Source: the human T2T-CHM13v2.0 reference genome, Homo sapiens. From it: DNA of 64,000 nucleotides. The position numbers and the translations under genes were made by a program. This document shows, in pieces, positions 43,075-57,271 of this stretch. The notes under the pieces were generated by a model. It did not search any database. It saw only the letters and a list, made by a program, of their open reading frames with translations, and was not told the DNA's origin. The stretch lies in NCBI RefSeq assembly GCF_009914755.1, contig NC_060940.1. One strand, given 5' to 3'. Position 1 is the first letter of the stretch. Every line of letters begins with the position of its first letter.

Positions 43075-43774
43075 TTGTTAAATGTGCCACATTAGGAAGT
43101 CCAGGCTGGGCGGGCAGGAATCACAGTCACAAAAGGGAGAAACTGTGATGTGCACAATTTAATGCAGAGAAATAAGATTTCAGTGGCAACAGATCTTTTT
43201 GATAGAATGTATATGGAAAAGAATTGATCCATTTGAAAATCATTTCAATGAAAGTAGAATGGAAAAAATTAGAAATAATTCATCTGTGTTGTATGGACAA
43301 ATGGATCAGGGGATTAGGTTTGCTTAACGGAGTTCAACTCGAAAGATTCTCAACCAAAATTCTCCAGTATGGGTACAATTCTGTATCAGTTGAAACTCTG
43401 GATGTGTAAGCAGTTCACACACATCTCAAAGGACAGTGGCCTTAAGCCACAAAGGAGGCAGAGGGGGCTGTGGGTGAGGGAGAGAGTTGCTACCTGGCAT
43501 GGGCGGCTGAGGCTGGGAGCTGGGTGAGGGATGAGATTCCTCCCAGGGTGATCCAACCAAGTGGCTGAAAGGCTGTGAGGCAGAAGAATGTTAAACTGTT
43601 ATGCAAAGGCTGTTTCCAGGTGCCTTGGTTTGATGCCTCCCTACCCCATTGTCCACCAGACCCATCTGAGAAAGGGTCTAAAGAAGATAAAACTCAAGTC
43701 AGGTATCAGTGACCTTGGTTAAACCTTAACGAGGCACATAAGGCAGGGTGAGCCCTAGTGAAAGCTGGCAGTCA

Positions 43775-44158
<384 letters not shown>

Positions 44159-44271
44159 TCATCCTCCACATTGACCCTGAGCCCACATGGCTGTCATTCG
44201 AGAGTGTCCACATGTACTGTGGATGTACTGGATCTGGAGAAAACATTTCATCCCATTCTCCTCTCTTTCAG

Positions 44272-44367
44272 GTTTCAAGTGCCCCATTTGCTCCAAGTCT
44301 GTGGCTTCTGACGAGATGGAAATGCACTTTATAATGTGTTTGAGCAAACCTCGCCTCTCCTACAACG
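44272..44367 (+). CDS. ZNRF1: ZNRF1 internal coding exon (exon 2), C2HC/UBZ-type zinc finger
   Basis: Acceptor ctctctttcag and donor G|gtaagg; 96 nt, phase 1-1. Translates (G)FKCPICSKSVASDEMEMHFIMCLSKPRLSYN(D), recognised as ZNRF1. Confidence 0.97.
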
Positions 44368-45124
44368 GTAAGGGCTTGGCCTGCCTCACCAGCCTCCAGA
44401 GCATCCGTCGGGGGAGCCGGCCAGTCCTTGTGGGAGCCTCCAGTCGAGGGTGGTTCTGGGCAGTATTTTCACCCTGCCCTCTGGCAGGTGTGCCTCAGTG
44501 GTGGTGAGGAAGTGGACTGTTCTGGGAGCCTTGCTGCTCAGGTCAGAGAGGAAGAGGAGTGGGACAAGGAAGGAAGGCCCAGGGGTCAGGTCCGAGGTCT
44601 GGGAAGGCTCTCGGGCTGCTCAGTTAGGCCCCTGCCTCTCTGCAACTCAGTTCTGAGGACTTTGGCTGGGAGATGCAGCCTTTCCTTCACCCTTGACTGT
44701 GGAAGGCCCCAAGACAGCCAGGTGTCCTCCACGGCTTAGCAGAGGGGCCCAGAGCAAGCACCCGCCCTCCTTGGGGAGGTGGGGGCTGTGTGCTGGTGGC
44801 ATGCATAGAGTGCTGGGAAGCTGGTCGTCTCCTTGTCACGTTCGAACTCGGACGAACACCTGATTTAGTCCTATGAGTCCACACCAGAGAGCTTGACGGG
44901 GGACTATGTGTGACATAGAGACGCTCTGGGGATTGAAAATGCGGATAGGACACCTTGCTGCTCCACCCTGGCCATGTTGCCTCCTACCTTGGAGGCTGCC
45001 TCAGAGCCGAACAGTGAATACCGCAGAGGGTAGGACCCTGAGGGCAGGGGATTTCAAAACACCCAAGCTAACCTAACAGGACGCCTCTGGGAAACAAAAT
45101 GACTGTCAACATCTGCCTAGCATG

Positions 45125-45360
45125 CTGTGCATAAGGCTTTGGAGTCCAGGTGATGGGAGTTCAAATCTCCCTCTACCACTCTGTGTCTACAATCTTATAC
45201 AAGTTGCTCAGCTTAGCGGAGCCTCAGTTTTCTGCTCTGTAAAATGTGGATAGCAATACTTGGTTCATAGGATTGTCAGAACTGGGTAAGAGATGGCACA
45301 TAAAGGCCTTTGGTACAGAGCCTGGCACATGGTCAGTGCTTGGGAAGTTACAGCTGCCAT
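45125..45360 (+). mobile_element. MIR
   Basis: gttcaaatc...gagcctcagttttc...ctgtaaaatg...gcctggcacatgg. Confidence 0.8.
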
Positions 45361-46297
45361 GAAAGATGTGAGACCTTCATAGGTTTCTTTTTGCAGTTTT
45401 CCAGAGCCCACAGACTTCTCCTCAGTGCTGCTCAGCCCACGCCACTGCTGACCCTCGATTTTCCATGCTTAGTGTTTAGTCTGGTCTCCAAACCATGTTC
45501 ATCAGAAAACGGCATCTTCCACTAGACCAGGCAGTGGATCTGAGTGCACTCCAACCCTGGTACTGGCCCACCTTCCCAGATTCAAGTCATAGTAGTGGTT
45601 GGAAAAAGAGTTCTGGGATTTCTGAGAGCATCTGAGGACTGGATCACGCAACCAGCCCAGCGAGAATGTTTCCTAGGGAGACTCTTCTCTGCCCTGCAGC
45701 CTCCTCACTCCCAGAGGGCTCTTTCCCCTACAAAGCATGAGCCTAGGAGGGATCATGGTCTCAGAGCATTTCCTGGGAAGTAACTGACTAATGGCGTCCA
45801 CTCAGGTCTCCTGAAAACTTCTCTCTTAATTACTTGTTCAGCCAAAAGACTCTGGATGCAGGTGGGCATATTACCCACGTGGCTCAGCTCCATGCATTTG
45901 TTAGGCCATGCTCAGGTGGGAGGACCCGCACGGCCCTCCCCTGGGCATCATAGCTGTGGTCTGGGAAGCCCCTTTCCTCCCCAGGGGACAGCGCCTCCTT
46001 TCTCCTGGGCTGACTGCTGCCAGTTCTCTAAGTCTGTTGTCACATGTGCTGCAGGCTTCGCGTCAGTCCTGTCGCATGCATGCTGTCAGGACGCTCAGGC
46101 TCAGCTTTGTCCCTGTTCGCCGTCTCCGCTTGGGACCAGGGAGGGAGAGGAGCCTTCCCTGCGTCTCACAGCCCTCCCTAGCCATGGCCTCAAAAACCCT
46201 ATTCACTTCTTTCCCACATGTGTGGAGACCTCATGAAGTCCTCCGTTTGTCCTGTGGGTTGCTAGGGCGTTCTCTGTAGACACTGCGTTTGTTGTAG

Positions 46298-46450
46298 GAA
46301 GAATACAAAGAAGCCTCAGAGGGGCTCAGCCTGAGAAAACCTGGCTCTCAGGAAGAACTTTGCAAGAGCAGCCGTGGAGGACAGAGTGCTCTTGGGCCCC
46401 CATGGCCCAAATGCAGAGTTACCCCCACTGCCCTGTGGAGAACCGGGAAG
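46298..46450 (+). CDS. ZNRF1: Alternative in-frame cassette exon of ZNRF1 (+51 aa)
   Basis: gtttgttgtag|GAAGA...GGGAAG|gtgagg; 153 nt, phase 1-1, stop-free in the ZNRF1 frame: GRIQRSLRGAQPEKTWLSGRTLQEQPWRTECSWAPMAQMQSYPHCPVENRE. Confidence 0.65.
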
Positions 46451-46757
46451 GTGAGGCTGTCCAGCTCCTCTGCCAGAGAACTGCCTGGGACGCCACCATG
46501 TGTCCCCCTGTCCCCCTCTGTATCAGCACTTGAGTGCCTGGCGCTGTTGGTTTACCCCCCTACACCCCACCACCGGCAGCCTCACCCAAGACTACAGAAA
46601 CCACACCGGGAGCCGGGCCCCCCTTAGAGGAAGGGGAGATTGGCCAGCCAGCCTGAGGCATGACCACTGCTCCTCTGGTTCTGGTTCTAGTTTTTCCCTT
46701 GTCATGGAATTGAGGGGCAGGCCACCTCCTCAAGGGTGCATGTGTTTCTGTATGTGT

Positions 46758-46761
<4 letters not shown>

Positions 46762-46801
<40 letters not shown>
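46762..46801 (+). repeat. (GT)20 microsatellite within a 54-bp alternating purine/pyrimidine tract (46749-46802)
   Basis: Read directly from the sequence. Confidence 0.95.
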
Positions 46802-46804
<3 letters not shown>

Positions 46805-48245
46805 CTAGAGGCTTTACACCTAAGGCTCTCTTTTGCAAAAGCCAGTCCTTTACCACTGGAGGCAAAGAGAGGCCAGTTGTCTCCAGTCCTTCCAGTGGAC
46901 TTTGTCTCAACGTGGTGAAGTGCTTTGTTCAGAAACAATGGTCCGGCCCTCTGTGGACCCTGTTCATGTGGTATGGACTCCTCATGTTCAGTCTTTGTCT
47001 TTTCTGAAGACCCTAAACCTTCCAGGTAAGAGGAGAGCATTTGCTTCCGGGGGTGTATGTGGAGTGGGCATCCCCAGGCACGCCCAGGGCCTGCTCCAGC
47101 TCAGAGAGAGCACAGACCGTGGGCCAAAGCTCAGGAGCTCCAATGTATTCCCCATGATTTGTCATCATCCCAACCTCACCTGCTGCATGTTACCTTTTCT
47201 AATTTAAAAAAAGACTTAAGAGTCAGAGGTGTGAGTTCTTGGAATCTTTCTGGAAAGGGGGCGAGGCGGGGCTTTCTTAGTGAAGAGTTTTCTTATGAAG
47301 ATTCACTAGAACTCCTGGTCACTCCCCTGAAGACTTCCCATTTACACACACACTTTCTGTGGTTGTTGGCACCAATTGCGGAAATTTTTAGAAAATTTAT
47401 GATGGTTATATAAGATGAAATTTAGTTAACCACTAAAGGAAAAAAGTAGAAACCTCCTAAATGAGGCAGATAGAAAGTAGTATTTTTCTTATTATGAGGG
47501 TTGGCCTGAGTGGTGGGTTGGAAGGCCTCCAGTAGCTGCCTGCTAGCTTAGAAAAAACACAACTTAGGAAAGGCGAGACTAGTTTAACTGGTTCAGCTAG
47601 TGCCTGGTGCTCCGAGGACAGGCACCTGGCTGGGGAAGTTTGGGAATGTGCTGAGCCCCTGCTGGAGGGGCAGGGAAGGGCGGTTGACTCCAGAGCACCG
47701 AATGTTAAACCCCCTGTCCTCCTAAGCGCCTTCCTGGAAGGTGAGGATACTGTATAAGAGGGAGGGGGTTCGTTGGTTTGTTTTTGTGGGTAAGATGGAT
47801 CAACCCGAATGGGCCTTTTAATTTCTCTCCCTTTCTAACATCTCTGTTTGTGACTCTGAGACTGAGGGACCTTGCCCTAAAGAATACGCATTCAAATTTT
47901 GACCCTCGAGTCTCTGGGCTAGCAGAACAAGCGTGGAGGTGGGGGTCTGATTGGTGATGCTCTGAACGGAAGAGCATTGTAATCCTGTGGAGTCGTGGAG
48001 ATGACCCGCTTTTGACTGGAAGCTTAGGGGTCCTCAGCCCAGGGAGAATCTGGGGGGCGGCAGGTTCATTTGCCAGCAGCACCAAGGAGAGCTCCCCTCA
48101 GCTGTGTTCTGGGGGAGCAGAAGCCCATGCTCAGCTTCTTATGTCATGATGCCCTCTTCCTCCCCTCTGCCAAAGGCCATTGCCCCCATCTTTAAGGCTC
48201 TTGAGATGCTAAATGTCACACAAGCTGTCTTTTAAAGGCAAGGGA

Positions 48246-48540
48246 GGCCGGATGCAGTGGCTCACGTCTGTAATCCCAACACTTTGGGGAACCGAGATTG
48301 CTTGAGCTCAGGAATTTGAAACCAGCCTGGGCAACATAGTGAGACCCCATTTACTAAAAACAAAAAATTTGTCTGACATGGTGGCAAGCGCCTGTAGTTC
48401 CAACTTCTCAGGAGGCTGAGGTGAGAGGATCACTTGAGCCCAGGAGATTGAGGCAGCAGTGAGCTTGATCACGCCACTGCACTCCAGCCTAGGCAACAGA
48501 GCTTGACCCTGTCTCAAAAAATAAAATATAAAATAAAAAT
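48246..48540 (+). mobile_element. AluJ-like element
   Basis: Dimer with a small left-arm deletion and an A-rich tail. Confidence 0.88.
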
Positions 48541-51500
48541 GTGAGAGGACCTGGCTTCCTGGAAAAGCAGAAATGGCTCCTGCTATAGCCTGCCCTGTGC
48601 CTGCAGGCAATTCTTTGTCCCATGTCTCCTCCTCTCAGAGACCCTGTGGTCAGAATGAAAGCACCCTACCCTTTCCCTGCCTGGGGAAACCGGGTGCTGG
48701 CCGAGGAGTTTGCCCAGCCTTGCTTGGGGCATTGCCCAGAGCCATTGTTAGATGCTGGATGGGCTGGAGTCAGGCTGGACAGGCTGGAGTCAGACTGCGG
48801 AGGTGTCTGTCCTGTTACTCCTCCTACAGGAGGGCGAGGAGGGGCAGGTGACTGCTCACCCAGGGTGTCCAGCTGTTGCTGACCGGCTGCACTGACTGCC
48901 AGACTGGCCGCTGCTGGGTGTATGAGGAGCGAAAGCGACTAGGGGAGGCCTGCAAGGCCCTAACACAAGTGGGGAAACCAGGAACAGGTGGCTACAGGAA
49001 AGAGGACTGTGGGAGGGAGCTGTAGTGGCCTCAGTAGGAAAGTATGAAGCGCTCCAGGCCTGAGCTTTAGTTGGCTGCCCCCACTATCCTCATTGCGGGT
49101 GGCCCAGCTCACCAAAACAATTGCATTGCACTTCAAAGGGCTGGGCAGTTGGATGGGCCGCTGCTGGTAGGCTACACTCTCTGCTCAAGGTCACCCTGTT
49201 GCCTGAAGAGCACAGCCCCCCAGATTTCCCAAAAGGGGAGCTGACAAGGCCTGGCATGGGTGGCACTGCCCTGTCCTGTCCCTGGCAGACTGGGCCAGCA
49301 GCTCTGCATGCTGAATAGGCAGCAGGACCAGGCACTCCACCGCACCTAGGCTGGAAATGAGGTCAGGGGGTGGAACCTGAGCCTGTGCGTCATTTGCTAG
49401 GGGTTTCCCCTCTGACTCCCACCTTCCTTCTCTCTGGGCCCTTCATGGCCACCAGGCACAAGTGGAGATGGAGAGGCATGTTCCTGTGCTCAGCTGCTGC
49501 CTCGGAGCTGCACGGGCTTTCCCTCCCAGCCAGGTGCAGATCTGTGTCTGCAGCTGTGTGAGCCTCCCCACCCCTCCATACTTCTAGCAGTTCCAGGGTC
49601 TCTTGAGGATGTGTTGCCAGAACTCTGCAGAATACTCGAGCCTGGCATGGTGGAGGGCAGGTGTGTGTCTCTCCTGTCTGGTCTGTTCACTCAGTGACCA
49701 GGTTCCTCCATCCACCTTGGGTCCTCTGCACACACTTCACAGAAAGGGGGAGATGCAAAGTGCCTGTGAGACGGGTGGTGTTTTCCAGCCCCAAGGGAAG
49801 ACACCCTTATGGCCTGGTCTTTTAAGGAAAAGGGGCCAGGTCGCTGGGTGGCAGAAACTTGGGCTTGGGAGTCATCACCACTTAGCAGCTGCATGAGCTT
49901 ATCCGAAGATCCCCACAGGGGCTTTAGGAGTCATGGTGTGTGTGTCTGAGGAGTTACCTGCATATAGCTGGCTTAGAGAATTAAGGCTCTTTTGCTCCTC
50001 CTCCCAGATATCTTTGCTTTGACAAATAGCAGCTGTCAGAAGCACCGTGCCTGGATCCCAGGGAGGGAGCAGAAGATGCCACCGCCTCCCACCCCCAGCC
50101 CATCACAGGCATCATCCCTCCCTCCTGTTTCAGCTCCAGGGCCGTGCTCGCCATTCTGGTTTGGTTCCCTGGTCTGGTTAGAGGGACAGGCACTGACACC
50201 ATCCCCAGCCAGGCCAAACACACTTCCAAGCTCTCCCTTGGGCAGTGACATTGGCTGGCTTTGTACAGTGGCGTCAGGAAACTTGGGAGGTGCTTCAGAG
50301 GTAGTAAGAAAAGGGCAGAACCCAGATGGCAGAAAGTTTGGCTTTGTTCTTATCCGGCAGCATTTGTTGAACCTCTTCTCTAGGGGCCTGGAGATACCAG
50401 GGGACATTTGACTCCATCTGCAGCAGAGTCTCAGTTTGTGTGGGCCAGGCGCCTGGGTTTTGTGCTGCGAGGCCCCCGCCATGGCTTTTCTCTGACGGCA
50501 GGCAGCAGGTTCGTGTCAGATGCTTCTGGAAGTCTTGTAGGAACCAGTTGATAGGCAAGCATCAGCTTCAGCCATTTCCACTTCCCTGCTAGGCTCTCAG
50601 GGACATCCGGAGGCCACTAACTCCCACAGCCCCAGGGGTGGGGACAGGAAGTTGTACTCAGCCCACTGCAACCTCTTGCTGGGTTTGTGTGCCTCCTGCC
50701 TCCTGCTGTGGAAGAATGCTGCTCCCTGGGCACTGGGCTCTGTGTGGGCACTGCTGGCTTCCCCATGCTGTCTGAGTCAAAGACCCTGACTCCTTCCTAT
50801 TGCCGGGAACCTCCAGGTGGCCTTTTGCAGCCAGTGGCTCTTGGTCCCAGTGAAATGTGCTCCCTGCCGTGTGCCAGCCTGGTTGGGGTGCCTGCACATT
50901 TTAGTTCTTCCCACCAGTGCAGCAGACTCAGGCCAGCTGGTAAAGGCACAACACTGCACTGTGCATAAAACCGCCTTGTGGAGTGGTGAGGAAAGGCTGC
51001 CTCTAACCTTCCTCTGCTCAAGTCTGAGTCCTTTAGTGCACAGGCCTTCCGCCCCAGGACAAGAAGAATCGCCCTCGCGCCCCCTTCCCCTTCCCCTTCC
51101 CTTTCCCCTAGTGAGGTTCGGTGCAAAAAGAGAGTCAAGTCCAGTCTTGTCATAAAGCGCCTAAGCCTTATCCTCATACCTGCCTCTCCCTTCCCTGAAT
51201 CCATCACCTCCTGGGGGGCGATGAGGGAGACCACATGTGCCCTCCTGGAGCTGACACAGATGGGGAGAGAACACACCTGGTGTGGGAAGCTGTATGGGAC
51301 CCAGAGAATTCTAACTAGTCCCTTGGGCTCACAGTTGAGTTACCAATCAGTAGGAGAAAATGCAAAGATAAACTACTTAGGAATCAGTAATTGCCATGTT
51401 CCCAGGAAATCCTCCTTAAGTATGGAGGGGAAGGAATGCTTTAGAGGAAACTAAGGGCTATAGCCCATACGCTCATGTCATAGATGAGGTGTCCAAGACA

Positions 51501-51613
51501 AAGAGAGTGGGGAATACAGGTCCAAGAATGTCTGCATGACGACTCTGCCCTCACTAAGCTATGCTGTTTTTCCTCCCATCTCTGTTGAGGTTTTTCCCTC
51601 TGTTTTATTATGA

Positions 51614-52255
<642 letters not shown>

Positions 52256-53984
52256 AGAGAGAACGCCCCTATTACATAGCACATGCACCACCTGGAGTCT
52301 GCAGTGTACTAGACCCGTTTATCCATCCACCAACCCATCTTATCCTTCTGATGCATTTCATAGTAAAATGCAAACACCAGTATGCTTCCTTATCAGGGTT
52401 TTTAACTAAAGTAGTGCACATTCGAACGCTACAGAAATACATAAAAGGATTTTTCTCCAAGTCCTCCTTTCCTCTACCACTGTGAAAGTGTGTGCATCCT
52501 TCCAGACTTTGATCTGTGCCTACACATGCATTTGAATATGTATGGTAGCTAGTGCTTTCAAGCAGGGGGATCACACCCATGTGTTCATCCACTACTTGCC
52601 ATGTTTGGAGTCTGAGGGGACAGACACTTCAGCAGCAGACTGTGCCATCTCCCTTCTCAGTTTGTGTCACCCTTTCAGGTGGGTCCTCGGGCTAGCCAGA
52701 TGTTCTAGACAGAAAATGACCACAAGTTGTCCTGGTGGCCAGGAAGCTGACAGTGACTTCTCTCGCAACTCATGTGCCTGGGGACTTAAGGATCGAATCG
52801 GTTCCATTTTATGCTTTTTCCTTGGGGTTCCTGGTGGGGGGCTTTGAGGAGCGGAAGCCATAGCCTTCTGGGCCCTGAAGAATCTTCATTTTATGGGCCC
52901 CAGGTGTTTGCCTTTCCACCAAAATAATAAGAGAACACAAAGAAACAGCAATGGGAAGGCCTCTTAAGCAGAGGGTCCCAGTCCCAGCCCCACAACCCAC
53001 AAGCCCACTCATGAGGTGTGTGACTTCCTTGGGCTTCCGGATCCTCATTCGCAAAATGAGAATAACACTGGGTGCCCTGCCCAGCTTGGAAGATGGTGAT
53101 GCTCAAAGGAAGACACGCACATGTGTTTGTCATTGGCAGTGTTCGGGACAGTTAAGTTCCTTTAGTGACGGAGAAGGGATCCTGCCACAAGCTCTGCCTT
53201 CTTCACAGCTGAGACACTGCTCTCCTGATATTTCTCCTGTGGCTTGGAGGACTTCTGGGTCGCCTTTTGTTCACGTCGCCTCTTTTCACCTGCCCTTCAA
53301 ATATTCATGTCGGCCTGGGTTTGTCTTCTGCCTTCTTTGGATTTTGGTCTGAACTTTCTCCCTGGACTGCCTCTTTATCCCACATCCATGCCTGGCACCC
53401 ATGTCTCTGTTCCAAACCTCAGCTCTAGGCTTCAGCAGCCTCCTGGAGGTCTCCATCAGCTGGCCGGGCCTCCTCCCACCCAACTCAGAATCCGTCCCTT
53501 CCTTCTCATGCTTTCCTCCTGGGCACCCTCCCTTAGTGCAGGCACCTGCTGTGTGTCCCGCTGCCCTCATCCGCACACGCAGGGCTGCTGCGCACTCCTT
53601 GTTGTCGGCCCCAGACACCACAGCAGAACACAAGGCTGTTCCCTGTGCCCAGAATCTCCCGTCCCCACCCCAGCTTCATCCATCCTCAACCTTCTCCAGA
53701 ACCTTCCCAGATCAGCCCCCATCCTGATGAGGTCTCTTTCCCCATACCCTCAGCCCTGGGCCTGCGCGTGAGAAGATGTCCTGGAAGTCCTCATGCTGTG
53801 CCTTTTGATTTCCTTGTTCGGCATCCCTGCTAGTCTGTGAGCTGCTTGAATCCCGAGATCATGGCTATTCACTGTCGCCGGCACGCAGAATGCCATAGGA
53901 CTTAATAAAAACCAGTGGGTTCCCATGGGTGCAAGTAGCTTCCTTCCATTCCTTCTTTTTGGGATGGTGAGCGGGGTCACTTTT

Positions 53985-55050
<1,066 letters not shown>

Positions 55051-55483
55051 TGTTTCTTCCTCTCATTCTTGCCTCCTACCACTCTACCCATTACCATATT
55101 TTTCCAAACCAGACATCAGCACACTGGCTACGTGTGTGTTTAGGAAAGCATCTGTGGAGGGAAACAGCTTGCCTCATGCTGCCCCTGCTTCCTGTCTACC
55201 CTTCTCCAAGCCTTTTTCGTCCGCTGTCACCTAGGCTTTTGGTTAATCACATGTTGAGATTAATCCCATTTTGTCTTTGGGTAATTAACATGTGATGTCC
55301 ACGCATTATCTCCACGGTGAAAGTCTTAAGGTCAACGTCCCTCTTGGGGTTCTGTGTCCCCTGCAGAGCCGGGCACAGCTTGGGGCAGCTAAGCAGTCCC
55401 CTAGTTCCTAGGCCCTTGCTTGCCCCATGCCACCTGTCCACTGGTGACTAACCCTCCTGCACTCTCCCCTGTCCCCCTTGCAG

Positions 55484-55589
55484 ATGATGTGCTGACTAAA
55501 GACGCGGGTGAGTGTGTGATCTGCCTGGAGGAGCTGCTGCAGGGGGACACGATAGCCAGGCTGCCCTGCCTGTGCATCTATCACAAAAG
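55484..55589 (+). CDS. ZNRF1: ZNRF1 coding exon 3, N-terminal part of RING finger
   Basis: Branch-point TGACTAAC at 55445-55452, pyrimidine tract, cag| acceptor, AAAG|gtagga donor; 106 nt. Translates (D)DVLTKDAGECVICLEELLQGDTIARLPCLCIYHK(S). Confidence 0.97.
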
Positions 55590-57181
55590 GTAGGAGGGGT
55601 TGGCAAGGTAGCTTAGTGCACCCCACCTCCCAGAGGGGCGGACCCCCATCTCCAGCCATTCTGTCTCCTTTGGTTATGGGATGACCTCTCCCCCGACCTC
55701 TGGCTCCGAGCGGGTAAGGGCAGAGGCCGTCAGACAGGTGTCCACTGTGCCGGCGGGAAGGTGCGAGCATCCCAAGTGCAGAGCAGAGTGGAGTTGCCAG
55801 AGGTGTGCTCTGGTTTGAGGGCTCAGGTGGTGGGAGCTGATGGGGAGACCCGTAGAGCCTCACAGGTTGGAGGAGCTTCGGATCCCACTGGGAAGGTTGG
55901 TTCTCCGTCTGTCTCCCTGCCTCTTCTTCCTCTACGGGTCCCTCTGCTCCACAGGGGTAGAACATCAATCTGTGCGAGGAAGGCCAGGCGGAGGGTGTAC
56001 CCACTGCCTTGCACTGGCCTTCTCCCTAGAGGGCCGGGAGGCAGGAAGAGCCATTTCCTGTGGGGCCACAGCACTGGGCACAGTTAAAAGTAGCAGGGCC
56101 CAGATATGCCTTGGGACTCCAGTGTGAGCCTCGTCCTTGTTTCCAGCTGGAAGGAAGGCACCCTCTTGCCCAAGACAGGACACTGTGCTGCCTGGGGCCA
56201 GCACCTGCTGAATCCTCGAGCCCAGAGCTTCTTCCTGACACTCAGGCCTTTCAAAGCCTGACTCTCAGGGCCACTGCTGCACAGGGTGACAACCGGGCAT
56301 GGCACGCAGTGTGGCTGGTGCAGAGGAGGCTTAAGGCTGGCCTGGGAGAGATTCTTGGTCTAGCTCCCAGCACGGAGCCTTGCTTGTGTCCCAGGGCGGC
56401 ACTAACCAGAACCAGAAAAGGAAATCTTTGGCCCTCGGGGAGAATTATGCCAATTATCTGTCTGGTTCCTGTCTTTGAAAATGCCCAGATGTTGGTTTAC
56501 AAATCAGGAAGCTGTCTTGGGGCAATCTCTGTTCCCTCTTTGATGCAGAGAGCCTTTCTCTGTAAACACTGGAGAGCAGGGCTTCACTGTCTGGCTCCCC
56601 TCCCGCCTCTTGCAGGAAGGACTAGATGCTGCTGATCAGCTGATCATGGCTGAGCCGGGTAGAGCTTGGGGCTCTCCTAAGAGGTCACCCACTGGGAGGG
56701 AGCTTCACAGCTGTTCTTTTGACCCAGGAAGGAGCTCTTTCAGGACTGTGGCACCCAGAGCCGTGGCCCTCCTGCCATGCCATTGTTCCCACTTCCCTGC
56801 CCTTGGGAGTCTTGGAGACAGCTGACTAGCTGCCCTGAGGGGTCCACCGCTCTCACCTTCTCACTGGTGGCTGCTGCCATTCTCCTGGGCTCTGCACAGA
56901 AAGCTTTGGTCCTTCTGAAAGCCACTCTGCCCCTTCCTGCAGCACCAGATCCCCCTGAGCCGGTACTGCTGCCTCCACCTGGGCCAAGACTAGTCTTGGT
57001 GTTCACCCTTCTTCGTGCTTCAGAAAGTAGGGATATCTGGGGACATGACTGTGTTTCCCTGGGGTCCTTTCAGAAGAGACTTAGGAAGCTCCTGCTCAGG
57101 AATCTGGCCCTCTGAAAGAGCCCCTTCAAAGCAGCCTGGGCAGCAGGTAACGTGGTTTCCCTTGCGGCCCCCTCCTCCCAG

Positions 57182-57239
57182 CTGCATAGACTCGTGGTTT
57201 GAAGTGAACAGATCTTGTCCGGAACACCCTGCGGACTGA
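57182..57239 (+). CDS. ZNRF1: ZNRF1 last coding exon (coding part), RING C-terminus and stop
   Basis: cctcctcccag| acceptor; (S)CIDSWFEVNRSCPEHPAD-TGA (stop 57237-57239); phase matches exon 3. Confidence 0.97.
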
Positions 57240-57271
57240 CCTGCGGGCTTGCTTGCTGACTCCTCTCAAAG
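57240..57271 (+). other. ZNRF1: ZNRF1 3' UTR part of exon 4, ending at a splice donor
   Basis: 32 nt after TGA, then AAAG|gtgagc, a consensus 5' splice site. Confidence 0.85.

Noticed and set aside
44187-44507. 106-aa ORF spanning ZNRF1 exon 2
   Set aside because: Only 44272-44367 is bounded by splice sites and matches ZNRF1; the flanks are intronic read-through.
47000-47031. CCTTCCAG|GTAAGA as a recursive (zero-length exon) splice site
   Set aside because: The pyrimidine tract is interrupted by an upstream AG, the branch-like motif is too close, and the intron is only ~11 kb. It reads better as a donor.
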